Below, in pieces: positions 30,878-40,283 of a stretch of 64,000 nucleotides of DNA. The notes below the pieces were generated by a model that saw only the letters and a list, made by a program, of their open reading frames with translations, ran no database searches and was not told where the DNA came from. The stretch is from positions 224,001 to 288,000 of the forward strand of contig JAHPZE010000001.1 of the NCBI GenBank assembly GCA_019058365.1, written 5' to 3'. Within the stretch, counting starts at the first letter, position 1, and the number at the start of each line of letters is the position of its first letter. Position numbers and translations under genes: made by a program. Source of the DNA: Promethearchaeota archaeon. GTDB taxonomy: Archaea; Asgardarchaeota; Lokiarchaeia; Sigyniarchaeales; SOKP01.

Positions 30878-31795
30878 ATGGTTAAAGAAAACACTTTCGC
30901 TTTTTTTTTAGGGTGTATCATGCCTAATCGATACCCTGCTATTGAAAAATCAACGAAATTTGTAATGGAAAAATTAGGATATGAACTTTTGGACATGGAA
31001 AGAGCAACTTGTTGTCCTGCTCCAGGAGTTTTCCGTTCTTTCAATAAATTCGATTGGATGGTAGCTGCTGCGCGAAATTTATGCATAGCTGAGAAATTGG
31101 ATGCTGACATTCTAACAGTATGTAATGGTTGTTTTGGAACACTTCAGGAAGTAAATAAACATCTTAAACAAAACGAAGAACACCGTGAAATGGTAAATGA
31201 GAAACTCAAATTACTGGGAGATTATGAATATAAAGGAACTATTAATGTACGTCATATAGCTGAAGTTTTAGGTTATGAAATTGGACCATGGGGAATTGAA
31301 GATCATATTATAAGAAAAGTAAATGTTAAAGCTGCTATTCATTATGGTTGTCATTTTTTAAAACCAACAAGAATTAGAGAAATTGAAAGTTCTGAAGGTC
31401 CAACAATTATTGAAGATTTTATTGAAGTATTAGGAGTTGAATCCGTACGGTTCAAAGAGCAACTTACTTGCTGTGGTGCGGGTGGAGGTGTAAAAGCATA
31501 TTCTGGTGATGCGAGTATGACAATTTTCGGAGAAAAAATGAAAAATATCGATGAAGTAAAACCAGATATAATATTAGATATCTGTCCATTTTGTCATTTA
31601 CAATTTGAGACAGGGCAAGATTATTTAAATAAAAATAAAAGCTGTAATTATGATTATCCTGTAATTCATATCTCCCAACTTGTAGCCTATTGTATGGGAA
31701 TGGACCAAGAATTTGTTGGCCTTCAATATCAGTTAATGGGGCGAGAGTTTATTTTTGGGGGAGAACAAATTACTGAAAAAGAGGAGGCTGCTTAA
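30878..31795 (+). CDS. hdrB: Heterodisulfide reductase subunit B (methanogen type)
   Basis: FLGCIMPNRYP, CCPAPG, CNGC, HYGCH, CCGAGGG, CPFCHLQF. Confidence 0.95.
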   Translation: MVKENTFAFFLGCIMPNRYPAIEKSTKFVMEKLGYELLDMERATCCPAPGVFRSFNKFDWMVAAARNLCIAEKLDADILTVCNGCFGTLQEVNKHLKQNEEHREMVNEKLKLLGDYEYKGTINVRHIAEVLGYEIGPWGIEDHIIRKVNVKAAIHYGCHFLKPTRIREIESSEGPTIIEDFIEVLGVESVRFKEQLTCCGAGGGVKAYSGDASMTIFGEKMKNIDEVKPDIILDICPFCHLQFETGQDYLNKNKSCNYDYPVIHISQLVAYCMGMDQEFVGLQYQLMGREFIFGGEQITEKEEAA

Positions 31796-33832
31796 ATGAC
31801 CGTAAAAGAGGAAAAAATAACGGAATCAAAAAATATTAGTAAAACAGATAAAGATAAACAAGAAGAAGAACCTAGAATAGGAGTTTTTATATGTCATTGT
31901 GGTCATAATATTGCTGATACTGTCGATGTTGCTAAAGTAGCAGATTATGCCAAAGATTTGCCCAACGTGGTTAAAGCTGAGCATTATATGTTTATGTGTT
32001 CAAAACCCGGAGTTCAAATGCTTAAAGATTCTATTGAAGAATTAGATGTCAATAGAACTGTAGTGGCTTCATGTTCAAAAAATCAGCATGGTAGGACTTT
32101 TGCTAAAGCAATTGAAGAAATGGGATTAAACAGACATAAACATCAACAAGTAAATATTAGAGAGTATAATAGTTGGGTGCATCAGAAAGAAAAAGATAAA
32201 GCAACTGAAAAAGCAAAGAAGTTAGTAAAAGCTGGAGTAAATAGAGCGCGAAAATTAGAAGATGTCGAGACACGGAGAGTCCCTACAACGAAAGCTGCGT
32301 TAGTAATTGGTGCTGGTATCGCAGGGCTTCGTGCATCATATGATTTAGCGGAGTTGGGAATTCCAGTTTATTTAGTTGAAAAATTATCTACAATTGGAGG
32401 TCATATGACACAATTGAATAAGACATTCCCAACATTAGAATGTCCCCAATGTAGTATATCTCCATTGACAAATGGAGTAGCTAATCATCCATTAATTGAA
32501 CTTTATACTAATGCTCAAATTAAGAGTGTTGAGGGTTCAATGGGTAATTTTGAAGTTGAGGTTGAAATTAAACCAAGATATGTTAAAGATAATTGTACAT
32601 CTTGCGGTGAGTGTGCCCTACATTGTCCTGTGGAGGTACCTAGTGAATGGGATAGTGAGATGTCAATGAGAAATGCAATATATAAAGCTTATCCACAAGC
32701 AATTCCCGCTACATATGTGAGAGATAAAAAAAGCTGTATTGAGTGTAATACTTGTATTAACGTTTGCCCTGTACAAGCGGTAGATTTTTCAATGCAAACC
32801 GAAATAAAAACCTTTAAAGTCGGTTCTATTGTTGTCGCAGCTGGTTACGATGAATATGATCCTTCTGAGATTGAACCATACCATTATGGTCAAGAAGGAT
32901 ATGAAAATGTTATTACACAACTCAAATTAGAAAGGATGTTAGCTCCGGGTTCTCTTACTAACAGTCAAGTATTAAGACCTTCTGATGCTAAAATTCCTAA
33001 AAGTATTGTAATGATACAATGTGTAGGAAGTAGAAATGATCAAGTAGGGAATCAATATTGTACAGGAGTTTGTTGTAAGTTCGCAATTAAAAACGCTCGA
33101 ATAGTGAAAGAAATGTATCCCGATGCAGATGTTACTATTTGCTATATTGATGTGAGAACTCCTGGCTTAAACTTTGAAGAATTATATAAGTCTGCACAAG
33201 AAGTAGGAGTAAGATTTATTAGAGGACGTCCATCCGAGATACTCAGAGGCCCAATTTCTGGAGAATTGAGAGTTATAGTTGAAGATACTCTTAGTCAAAC
33301 ACCGTTAAAATTAAAAGCGGACATGGTCGTACTTTCAGCAGCGATGGTTCCACCTGAAGGCATCGGACCTTTAGGGTCTAAATTACATGTACTTCGCTCA
33401 AAAGAAGGTTTCTTAAAGGAGTTCCATATTAAAATGAACCCTACATTAAGTAGCAAAGGAGGTATCTTTTTAGCGGGGGCTATTCAAGGTCCTAAAGACA
33501 TTTCCGAATCAGTTGCTCAAGCAGGGAGTGCTGCAGCAATCGCAGCTGCTCCATTAGTAAAGGGTTATATCGAGAAGGAAATGTTAGTTCCTTCAGTGGA
33601 TTACGATTTATGTGTTAGATGTGGACTATGTAAAACTGTGTGTGCTCCAGCAGCGATAGAAATAAACGATGATGGAATACCTATGATAAATGAAGTTGCG
33701 TGTAAATCATGTGGAATGTGTATGCCTGCGTGTCCTACGGGAGCAATTCAATTATTAAACTTTAGTGATGATCAATTATTAGATGAAATTATAGCAATAT
33801 CCAGTGGAGGCGTTATATGCGAAAATGAGTGA
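31796..33832 (+). CDS. hdrA: Heterodisulfide reductase subunit A (FAD, Fe-S)
   Basis: IGVFICHCG, VIGAGIAG, KTFPTLEC, inserted ferredoxin, IQCVGSR, YCTGVCC, QGPKDI, C-terminal ferredoxin. Confidence 0.96.
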   Translation: MTVKEEKITESKNISKTDKDKQEEEPRIGVFICHCGHNIADTVDVAKVADYAKDLPNVVKAEHYMFMCSKPGVQMLKDSIEELDVNRTVVASCSKNQHGRTFAKAIEEMGLNRHKHQQVNIREYNSWVHQKEKDKATEKAKKLVKAGVNRARKLEDVETRRVPTTKAALVIGAGIAGLRASYDLAELGIPVYLVEKLSTIGGHMTQLNKTFPTLECPQCSISPLTNGVANHPLIELYTNAQIKSVEGSMGNFEVEVEIKPRYVKDNCTSCGECALHCPVEVPSEWDSEMSMRNAIYKAYPQAIPATYVRDKKSCIECNTCINVCPVQAVDFSMQTEIKTFKVGSIVVAAGYDEYDPSEIEPYHYGQEGYENVITQLKLERMLAPGSLTNSQVLRPSDAKIPKSIVMIQCVGSRNDQVGNQYCTGVCCKFAIKNARIVKEMYPDADVTICYIDVRTPGLNFEELYKSAQEVGVRFIRGRPSEILRGPISGELRVIVEDTLSQTPLKLKADMVVLSAAMVPPEGIGPLGSKLHVLRSKEGFLKEFHIKMNPTLSSKGGIFLAGAIQGPKDISESVAQAGSAAAIAAAPLVKGYIEKEMLVPSVDYDLCVRCGLCKTVCAPAAIEINDDGIPMINEVACKSCGMCMPACPTGAIQLLNFSDDQLLDEIIAISSGGVICENE

Positions 33833-34277
33833 ATGTGAATATATTGAACCAGAAGTACTGGAAAAGATGGAAAATATTGTAATTTTTATGTGTAATGAAT
33901 GTGGGCAAGGTTCAGCAAACACTGCTGGTGTTGCTCGAATGGCATATAATCCAGCAATTCGAATAGTTCGAGTACAATGTACTGGTCAAGTCGGTCCTAT
34001 TCAGATTATGGATGCTTTAAGTAACGGGGCTGACGCAGTTGCGTGTGTTGGTTGTTGTTTAGGGGCATGTCATTTCTTTAATGGAAATATTTTATCAATG
34101 CATAGAATAAAATTGATGAAGAAGTTATTCAAAGAATTGGGTTATAGTGATCAGTTTGTTAATCAATATACTTCTCGAGCTGCAGAAGGAGAAACAGCTG
34201 TTGGAGATTTTGAAGATATTGTCGAACGATTAGCAACTGCAATTAGAGAGGAGGGGACTTTCAAAGATGGATGTTAG
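33825..34277 (+). CDS. mvhD: MvhD-like [2Fe-2S] subunit
   Basis: FMCNEC, IRIVRVQCTGQV, GADAV..VGC..GACHFFNGN, AAEG. Confidence 0.85.
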   Translation: MSECEYIEPEVLEKMENIVIFMCNECGQGSANTAGVARMAYNPAIRIVRVQCTGQVGPIQIMDALSNGADAVACVGCCLGACHFFNGNILSMHRIKLMKKLFKELGYSDQFVNQYTSRAAEGETAVGDFEDIVERLATAIREEGTFKDGC

Positions 34278-35508
34278 AATATTTCAGTTTAACGGATGTA
34301 ATAAATGCTTTAATGAGACGATTCTCTTAAAGGGAGAATCCAAATATAACATAGAATTTATACAAGATCCTCAAAATTGGAAAGAAGAAAAGACAGATGT
34401 ATCAATAATCACCGGATTTTTACTACCAGAAAATAAGGATGCTTTAAATAAAATTAAAACAAATTCAGAAAAAGTAATTGCTTATGGAAACTGTACTACA
34501 ACTGGAGGGATTTTTGCTCTTGCTAATCAAAAGGGTCATGAAATATCGCCTTTAAATAACATTATTGAAGATTCAATTAATATTAACGGTTGCCTAGGGG
34601 AAATTGAGGAACTAAAACTGGAGATTAAAGATAAAGATCTCCCAAAATTAAAAAATCTTTGTATTGTATGCGGAAGGCGAAAAACATGTGATTACTTAGA
34701 TGACATAAAACGGCAAATTGATTTAGAAGATACTGAGACATGTTTTAACGATCTCGGGTATCTTTGTAATGGTTTTGTCTCAAGAGAATGTAAAGAACGA
34801 TGTATTGACTATAATGCTCCATGTAGAGGTTGTAAACCAATTATAGAACGTTCTGGGATCAGAATGTTAGGAATGTTTGGAACTCTTATGGGAAATATTG
34901 AAGTTGCAACTGAACATTCTGAAAAGGGAGCAACTGATAAATTAGCAGATAAGGACGATGAGGTAACTGAAAGGCTACCTGATATAGTAGGGAATTTCTT
35001 TAGATTTACTTTACCAACATCTGGATTACCAAAAGGTAGAATACCGTCAAGTGGTACATTATTAGAGGATGTTTTTACGGGAAGGCTTATTGAAGAATTA
35101 CCACTAATTTCGGGATTATTAGGAGGAGATCATTCAATCTCATTAACACTTAAAATAATTGAAACCTACGAGGAAGCTAATAATATTGAAGTAAGTGAAA
35201 AGACTAAAAATTATCGAAAACAATTATTAAAATTAGAGGATCAACTTCAAACAGCAATTCAAAGTAAAGATCCAAGTCAATACAAGAAAATCACTAAAGA
35301 AATTCGTAAAATTGCGGGAAACATGAATTTATCAAATGTGTTTTTTGGAGGATTTAGGTCAAAAATCAATGAAAACGATAACTTTGAAGATTATAAAACC
35401 CACGTTTTTGATGTGGTCGAAGGAACATATAAGAATGGTTCAGTTGAATTCACAATTGATCCAATTGGTATTGTAAAAGAAATTAAAATTAGAGAGGGAT
35501 ACGCATGA
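34267..35508 (+). CDS. MvhG-like Fe-S subunit with a C-terminal extension resembling a degenerate hydrogenase large-subunit fragment
   Basis: GCNKC, AYGNCTTTGGI, INGC, LCIVC, CFNDLGYLC, CIDYNAPCRGC, DIVGNFFRFTLP, then about 155 extra aa with no Cys. Confidence 0.8.
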   Translation: MDVRIFQFNGCNKCFNETILLKGESKYNIEFIQDPQNWKEEKTDVSIITGFLLPENKDALNKIKTNSEKVIAYGNCTTTGGIFALANQKGHEISPLNNIIEDSININGCLGEIEELKLEIKDKDLPKLKNLCIVCGRRKTCDYLDDIKRQIDLEDTETCFNDLGYLCNGFVSRECKERCIDYNAPCRGCKPIIERSGIRMLGMFGTLMGNIEVATEHSEKGATDKLADKDDEVTERLPDIVGNFFRFTLPTSGLPKGRIPSSGTLLEDVFTGRLIEELPLISGLLGGDHSISLTLKIIETYEEANNIEVSEKTKNYRKQLLKLEDQLQTAIQSKDPSQYKKITKEIRKIAGNMNLSNVFFGGFRSKINENDNFEDYKTHVFDVVEGTYKNGSVEFTIDPIGIVKEIKIREGYA

Positions 35509-37973
35509 GTTTTGAATTATTAAGAGAAGAAATTGTAGATGCTGGTCTGTGTCAAGGATGTGGATTATGTGCTGGTTCATGTAAACATATTGAAATGGAC
35601 GTAAGACGTCCAACATTAAAAGATTATTGTATAATGGAAAGAGAGGGGCAAGATTGTGGAAAATGTTATCAAAATTGTCCTCAAGTAATCCAAAAGAAAT
35701 TTAAAGAGAAGCAACCCCTTGTGATTTATTCATTAAGAAGTAAAGATCCTATAGTATTAGCTAAAGCTTCAAGTGGAGGATTTGTAACTACTTTTGCTAA
35801 AGAATTGTTAGAAAACAAGGCACTTAAAGAAATTGTCATGGTCCAAGAAGAAGATGAGAAGCCTACAGCTGAAATAGTTTCAGATCCTAATGAAGTAGTT
35901 CAAAAAGCTGGTGTTATTTATGGTAGATCTGGCGTTCTACAGAGATTAGTAGAACTCACTGGTGAAACATTTGATCCAATTGGTATTATCGGAGTGCCAT
36001 GTGAAATGCGTGGAGCTGCTGAACTCGAAGAAGATATGAATCGAGAAATCTTAAAAATCGGATTGTTCTGTAGTTCTCAAATGAGAACTAAACAAACAGA
36101 TAAGGGATTAGTATGTTCTCCATGTTGTAATGGGTGTCCTTCTGGTGTGAATGCTCAAGGATATATTTCATTAATACGTCAAGGGAAATATCAAGATGCT
36201 GTAGACTTAATTAGAGAAAACAATCCACTCCCCTCTATTTGTGGAAGAATTTGTACAAATGAATGTGAACATGGTTGTACTTTAATTGGAGATGACCATC
36301 CTGTTGCGATTCGTGAATTAAAGAAATTTGTTACAGAATGGGAGATTGAAAGAGCTAAAAAAACATCGAAAACAAAATCTAAATTAAATAAAAATACCAA
36401 AAAAGTAGCAATTATTGGATCCGGACCAGCGGGATTAACAGCAGCATATTTCTTAAGGAGAATGGGTTATGCCCCCACCATTTTTGAGAAGACAGATCAA
36501 ACTGGAGGAATGCTAAGATTCGGCGTACCACAATTTAGATTACCAAATTATGTATTAGATTATGATGTAGGTAAGATCGTAGATTCTGGTGTCGAAATCA
36601 TACTCAATAAACCTTTAGGGCCTGAAATGTCAATAGATGATTTAAAAAATGATGGATTTGAAGCCATATTTATCGCAACAGGACAGTATAAACCTCGTAC
36701 TTTACACTTAGAAGGAGAAGACTTACCGAACGTTCATGTAGCGATTAGTTTCTTAATAGATAGAAAGTATCGATATTGGGAAAATAAAGAAGAATTTAAG
36801 GGAAAAACTCTAGGCATAATTGGAGGAGGCCCGGTTGCTGTTGATGTTGCACAAACAGCGCTTAGGTTAGGTGCTGAAAAGGTTCACCTCGTTGATATCA
36901 TGTCAGAAAAACAACTCGAGTTAGTTTTAAGAGATATCCCTGAAAATGAAATGGAGCTAATGAAATATCATTTTACGACATCAACTTCTAAAATCACTCA
37001 GAATAAAGATAAAAAATTAGTACTTAATTGTTATAATATTGAATGGGGCAATCCTGATAAAAACGGGAGAAGACCATTAAATAAAATTGAAGGATCAGAT
37101 TATGAGATACCCATTGATTCTATTGTAATTGCAGTTGGTCAAGCTGTAGATTTCGAACAAATCGATGCTGCTACGAATAATAAATTAGAAAAAGAACGAA
37201 ATAAAATCAAAGTAAACGAGGTTACATTTGAAACAAATATTCCTGGTGTTTTTGCTGGCGGAGATATTATCAGTAATTCTAAGGCAGTAGCGATTGCAGC
37301 AATAGCTCATGGAAAAGAAGCAGCATTTTCAATTGACAGATATTTAAAAGGAGAAAGCTTAATGGAAGGAAGATATAAGATAGAAAAATCATTTTTCACT
37401 GGACCTAAGAAACCTCCTAAAGATTATTCTTTAAAACCAGAAACTCTGGATGAAGCAACTGAAGAAATAAGTTGGAATTTTGAAGAAATTGATAAAATAT
37501 TCAATGAAGATATGGCTTTACAAGAAGCGCGAAGATGTTTGAGCTGTAATCATTTCTGTTCTCATTGCCAAGATTTTCCAGCAATATATTCAGATCTTAC
37601 TGCGGGTGAAGTAGGTTCAAAAGATGGCTATACTACAGTGGTAGTATGGACAGAGCGAGGCAAGAATCTTGTCGAAGAAGCGATTGAAAAAGGATTATTC
37701 GAACAAGGAAAAGTTAACGAGGAAGAATTGAAAAATGCAATTAATCTAAAATCAAAACGCGAATTAATGAATTTTGAAAAAACACCAAGACAACAGGTAT
37801 TAAACTATATTTCACTTCAGGGCCCTAGCACCATTACAGATATCGCAAAACAAACAGGTCTTGAACCTAAAAAAGCACGATATGAGGCACTTCGATTAGT
37901 TCAGTTGATGGCATTAGAAATGAAAGCTGATCCTAATATGAAGGAGCCAATATTTTCTATAATATGTGATTAA
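35505..37973 (+). CDS. FrhB/FdhB-family F420-linked flavoprotein with an inserted GltD/SudA/NfnB-like module and a C-terminal HTH
   Basis: CQGCGLC ferredoxin, SSGGFVT, GVPCE, IGLFC; insert SPC..GCP, CGRIC, IGSGPAGL, GGGPVAVD, FAGGD, EARRCLSC; then CSHCQDF..SDLTAGEVGS.DGYTTVVV.TERG; HTH STITDIAKQTGLEP. Confidence 0.85.
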   Translation: MSFELLREEIVDAGLCQGCGLCAGSCKHIEMDVRRPTLKDYCIMEREGQDCGKCYQNCPQVIQKKFKEKQPLVIYSLRSKDPIVLAKASSGGFVTTFAKELLENKALKEIVMVQEEDEKPTAEIVSDPNEVVQKAGVIYGRSGVLQRLVELTGETFDPIGIIGVPCEMRGAAELEEDMNREILKIGLFCSSQMRTKQTDKGLVCSPCCNGCPSGVNAQGYISLIRQGKYQDAVDLIRENNPLPSICGRICTNECEHGCTLIGDDHPVAIRELKKFVTEWEIERAKKTSKTKSKLNKNTKKVAIIGSGPAGLTAAYFLRRMGYAPTIFEKTDQTGGMLRFGVPQFRLPNYVLDYDVGKIVDSGVEIILNKPLGPEMSIDDLKNDGFEAIFIATGQYKPRTLHLEGEDLPNVHVAISFLIDRKYRYWENKEEFKGKTLGIIGGGPVAVDVAQTALRLGAEKVHLVDIMSEKQLELVLRDIPENEMELMKYHFTTSTSKITQNKDKKLVLNCYNIEWGNPDKNGRRPLNKIEGSDYEIPIDSIVIAVGQAVDFEQIDAATNNKLEKERNKIKVNEVTFETNIPGVFAGGDIISNSKAVAIAAIAHGKEAAFSIDRYLKGESLMEGRYKIEKSFFTGPKKPPKDYSLKPETLDEATEEISWNFEEIDKIFNEDMALQEARRCLSCNHFCSHCQDFPAIYSDLTAGEVGSKDGYTTVVVWTERGKNLVEEAIEKGLFEQGKVNEEELKNAINLKSKRELMNFEKTPRQQVLNYISLQGPSTITDIAKQTGLEPKKARYEALRLVQLMALEMKADPNMKEPIFSIICD

Positions 37974-38012
37974 AATTAAATAAAAACTAACAAATTTTAA
38001 GAGGTAAAAAAT

Positions 38013-38249
38013 ATGAAATATGATATGGAATTAAATGTCTGTGGATTAGTATGTCCTGTTCCTGCTTTAAAAACGAAAAAACAACTTATGAAAATGAGAC
38101 CTGGTACAGTTTTAAAAGTAATTACGGACTATAAACCCGCAAGTGAATCTGTTCCACGTGATTTAGCCAAAACAAAACATAAACATTTAGGAACAGACTT
38201 CATAGAAGACGATGAGCAATGGTATATCTATTTTGAAGCAGTAAAGTAA
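38013..38249 (+). CDS. tusA: Second TusA family sulfur carrier
   Basis: LNVCGLVCPVPALKTKKQL, LKVITDY. Confidence 0.9.
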   Translation: MKYDMELNVCGLVCPVPALKTKKQLMKMRPGTVLKVITDYKPASESVPRDLAKTKHKHLGTDFIEDDEQWYIYFEAVK

Positions 38250-38491
38250 GTGTTCATTCCTTAAAATTAAATTTTTTTTATATCTTCTTTTTTTATTAAA
38301 ATAATATTCTATAGATTCTACTTTTTTACAAGATTTTGAATCTTTGCCTTCTCTAGACTCTGATCATTAAATACAATATAAATTTCTAGTAACAATCCAA
38401 GACTCCAATGAGAGTTTTAGATTGTGAACTATAAATAAACTGTATCATCATTATAAAATAACAAGATACTAAAAAAAAGTTGTAAAAAATC

Positions 38492-39232
38492 ATGCAAGAA
38501 GTAGAAAATGTATATCAGGATGCTTATTACAGAACAAAGAGCCTTAAAGGGTTATTCATTCACGATATTTCAAATTTATTCCAGATAATAAGTAATTCCA
38601 TCGAGCTCTGTGAATCACTACTAAAAGATCAAGTAAAAACAGGAGATATTATTGAGTATTTCCAAATGATTGCTCAACAATTAAACCTAGGTAAGATGTT
38701 GATTAGAAATGTTAGAAATCTTTCAGAATTGGAAGAATATAAAATGCCTTTAGCACCTGTGGAAGTGTTTTTTACATTAAGCAGTGCGATTAATTTTACT
38801 CATATTAATTTTCCTAAAAAGAATATTGATATTAAGGTTAACTCTGATTACAGAAACCTTTACATTATGGCAAATGAGTTATTGAGTGAAGTGTTTGAAA
38901 ACATAATTACAAACTCTATTAATTATAATAAAAATAAAGTTGTTCAAATTGAAATAAAAATCTCTGTTTTTGATATTCAGTATAAGAATTATGTAAAGAT
39001 CGAATTCAAAGACAATGGTATAGGTATTGATGATGCTAGAAAAGAGATAATCTTCCAAGAAACTCATTTGAAAAACATCCATTCTAAAGGCATGGGGATC
39101 GGACTATCATTAGTTTCTAAATTAATAGAATTATATAGTGGAAACATTTGGGTTGAAGATCGTATAAAAGGAAATTCAACGAAAGGTAGCAATTTCATAA
39201 TCTTAATTCCGTTAGAAAAAAAAAGAAGGTGA
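38492..39232 (+). CDS. Cytoplasmic histidine kinase without a sensor domain
   Basis: H-box HDISN, N-box ENIITNSINY, G1 DNGIGI, G2 GMGIGLSLV, GSNF. Confidence 0.88.
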   Translation: MQEVENVYQDAYYRTKSLKGLFIHDISNLFQIISNSIELCESLLKDQVKTGDIIEYFQMIAQQLNLGKMLIRNVRNLSELEEYKMPLAPVEVFFTLSSAINFTHINFPKKNIDIKVNSDYRNLYIMANELLSEVFENIITNSINYNKNKVVQIEIKISVFDIQYKNYVKIEFKDNGIGIDDARKEIIFQETHLKNIHSKGMGIGLSLVSKLIELYSGNIWVEDRIKGNSTKGSNFIILIPLEKKRR

Positions 39233-39238
39233 AGTTTG

Positions 39239-40084
39239 ATGACAAATAGTTATGAAAATTTAAAATCAGGTAAATCGAAGAAGGATATAAAATGGTATAC
39301 TTATGTAGATTCTTATCTTGACTCCAAATTAAAAGATTTCATGGAAAATTATAAGATAAACAATCAAGCGAAAATTATAAGAAACTGCGTTAATTATTGC
39401 ATTGATTATTTAACTGCTGCATTTCAGAAGAAATCACATAACGACCCTCAAAGTTATGATGAAATCGAACTTGATAATTTAATTAGAAAGGCTATTAAAG
39501 AATACGAAATTGGTAATGGTTTTCACGAAGAATTAAAGCAAAAACTTTCGCCACTTAAAATATCGCTCTTAATGTTGAATGATTATATTGAGGAAAAAGA
39601 AAAATTCCAATGGGGCATTCAGAATGCAATAAGCGCTCTAGAAGAGTTAGAGAAATCTGTGAAGCGTCATTTTGAAGAGCCAAATATAGTAAGATTTGTA
39701 AAAAAGATTGATGTTTTATATATTGAAGATAATGAATTAGAGCGCAAAACCATTGATCACCTTTTTAAAGCAAAATGTGTAGATATTAAATCACTGGAGA
39801 CTTCTGACGAAGCTTTGTACCTTCTTAAGACTATAACTCCTAGGGTAATAATACTTGATATTAATTTAAAGACTAGCAATATAAATGGAGACCGTTTTTG
39901 CCAAATGTTAAAATCGAGCGCTCAGTATAATTCAATTCCAATAATTTTAATATCCGCTGTTTTCTCCGAAACAGAAAAAAAGGAAATTTTAACAACGACA
40001 GGAGCAGATGATATTATATTTAAACCTATTGACAGATTAAAAGACTTAGATATTCTATTCACATATATAAAGCAGCAATATTGA
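39239..40084 (+). CDS. Response regulator with C-terminal receiver domain and N-terminal RHH-like/helical region
   Basis: LYIEDNE, ILDINL, NGDRFC, IPIILISA, GADDIIFKP. Confidence 0.85.
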   Translation: MTNSYENLKSGKSKKDIKWYTYVDSYLDSKLKDFMENYKINNQAKIIRNCVNYCIDYLTAAFQKKSHNDPQSYDEIELDNLIRKAIKEYEIGNGFHEELKQKLSPLKISLLMLNDYIEEKEKFQWGIQNAISALEELEKSVKRHFEEPNIVRFVKKIDVLYIEDNELERKTIDHLFKAKCVDIKSLETSDEALYLLKTITPRVIILDINLKTSNINGDRFCQMLKSSAQYNSIPIILISAVFSETEKKEILTTTGADDIIFKPIDRLKDLDILFTYIKQQY

Positions 40085-40283
40085 AAACTTAAGAAATATA
40101 CGTTGATAAAAAACATAACCCAAGATATATTTGAATAAAAGAAAAAGAAACCAGATGTTTTTAGTTTTTTTAATCAATAAATTTTAGAACAAAATCTAAA
40201 TCACAGAACTATTTGAAAATTATTATTAGTTTTAGTATATTATCAATATCTAACATTAATTAATAAAGAGAAGGGATATATAA

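Noticed and set aside
30318-35508. Selenocysteine recoding in HdrA/MvhD, as known for some Lokiarchaeia
   Set aside because: All frames are open with Cys at the relevant motifs. The TGA codons seen are true stops overlapping the next start.
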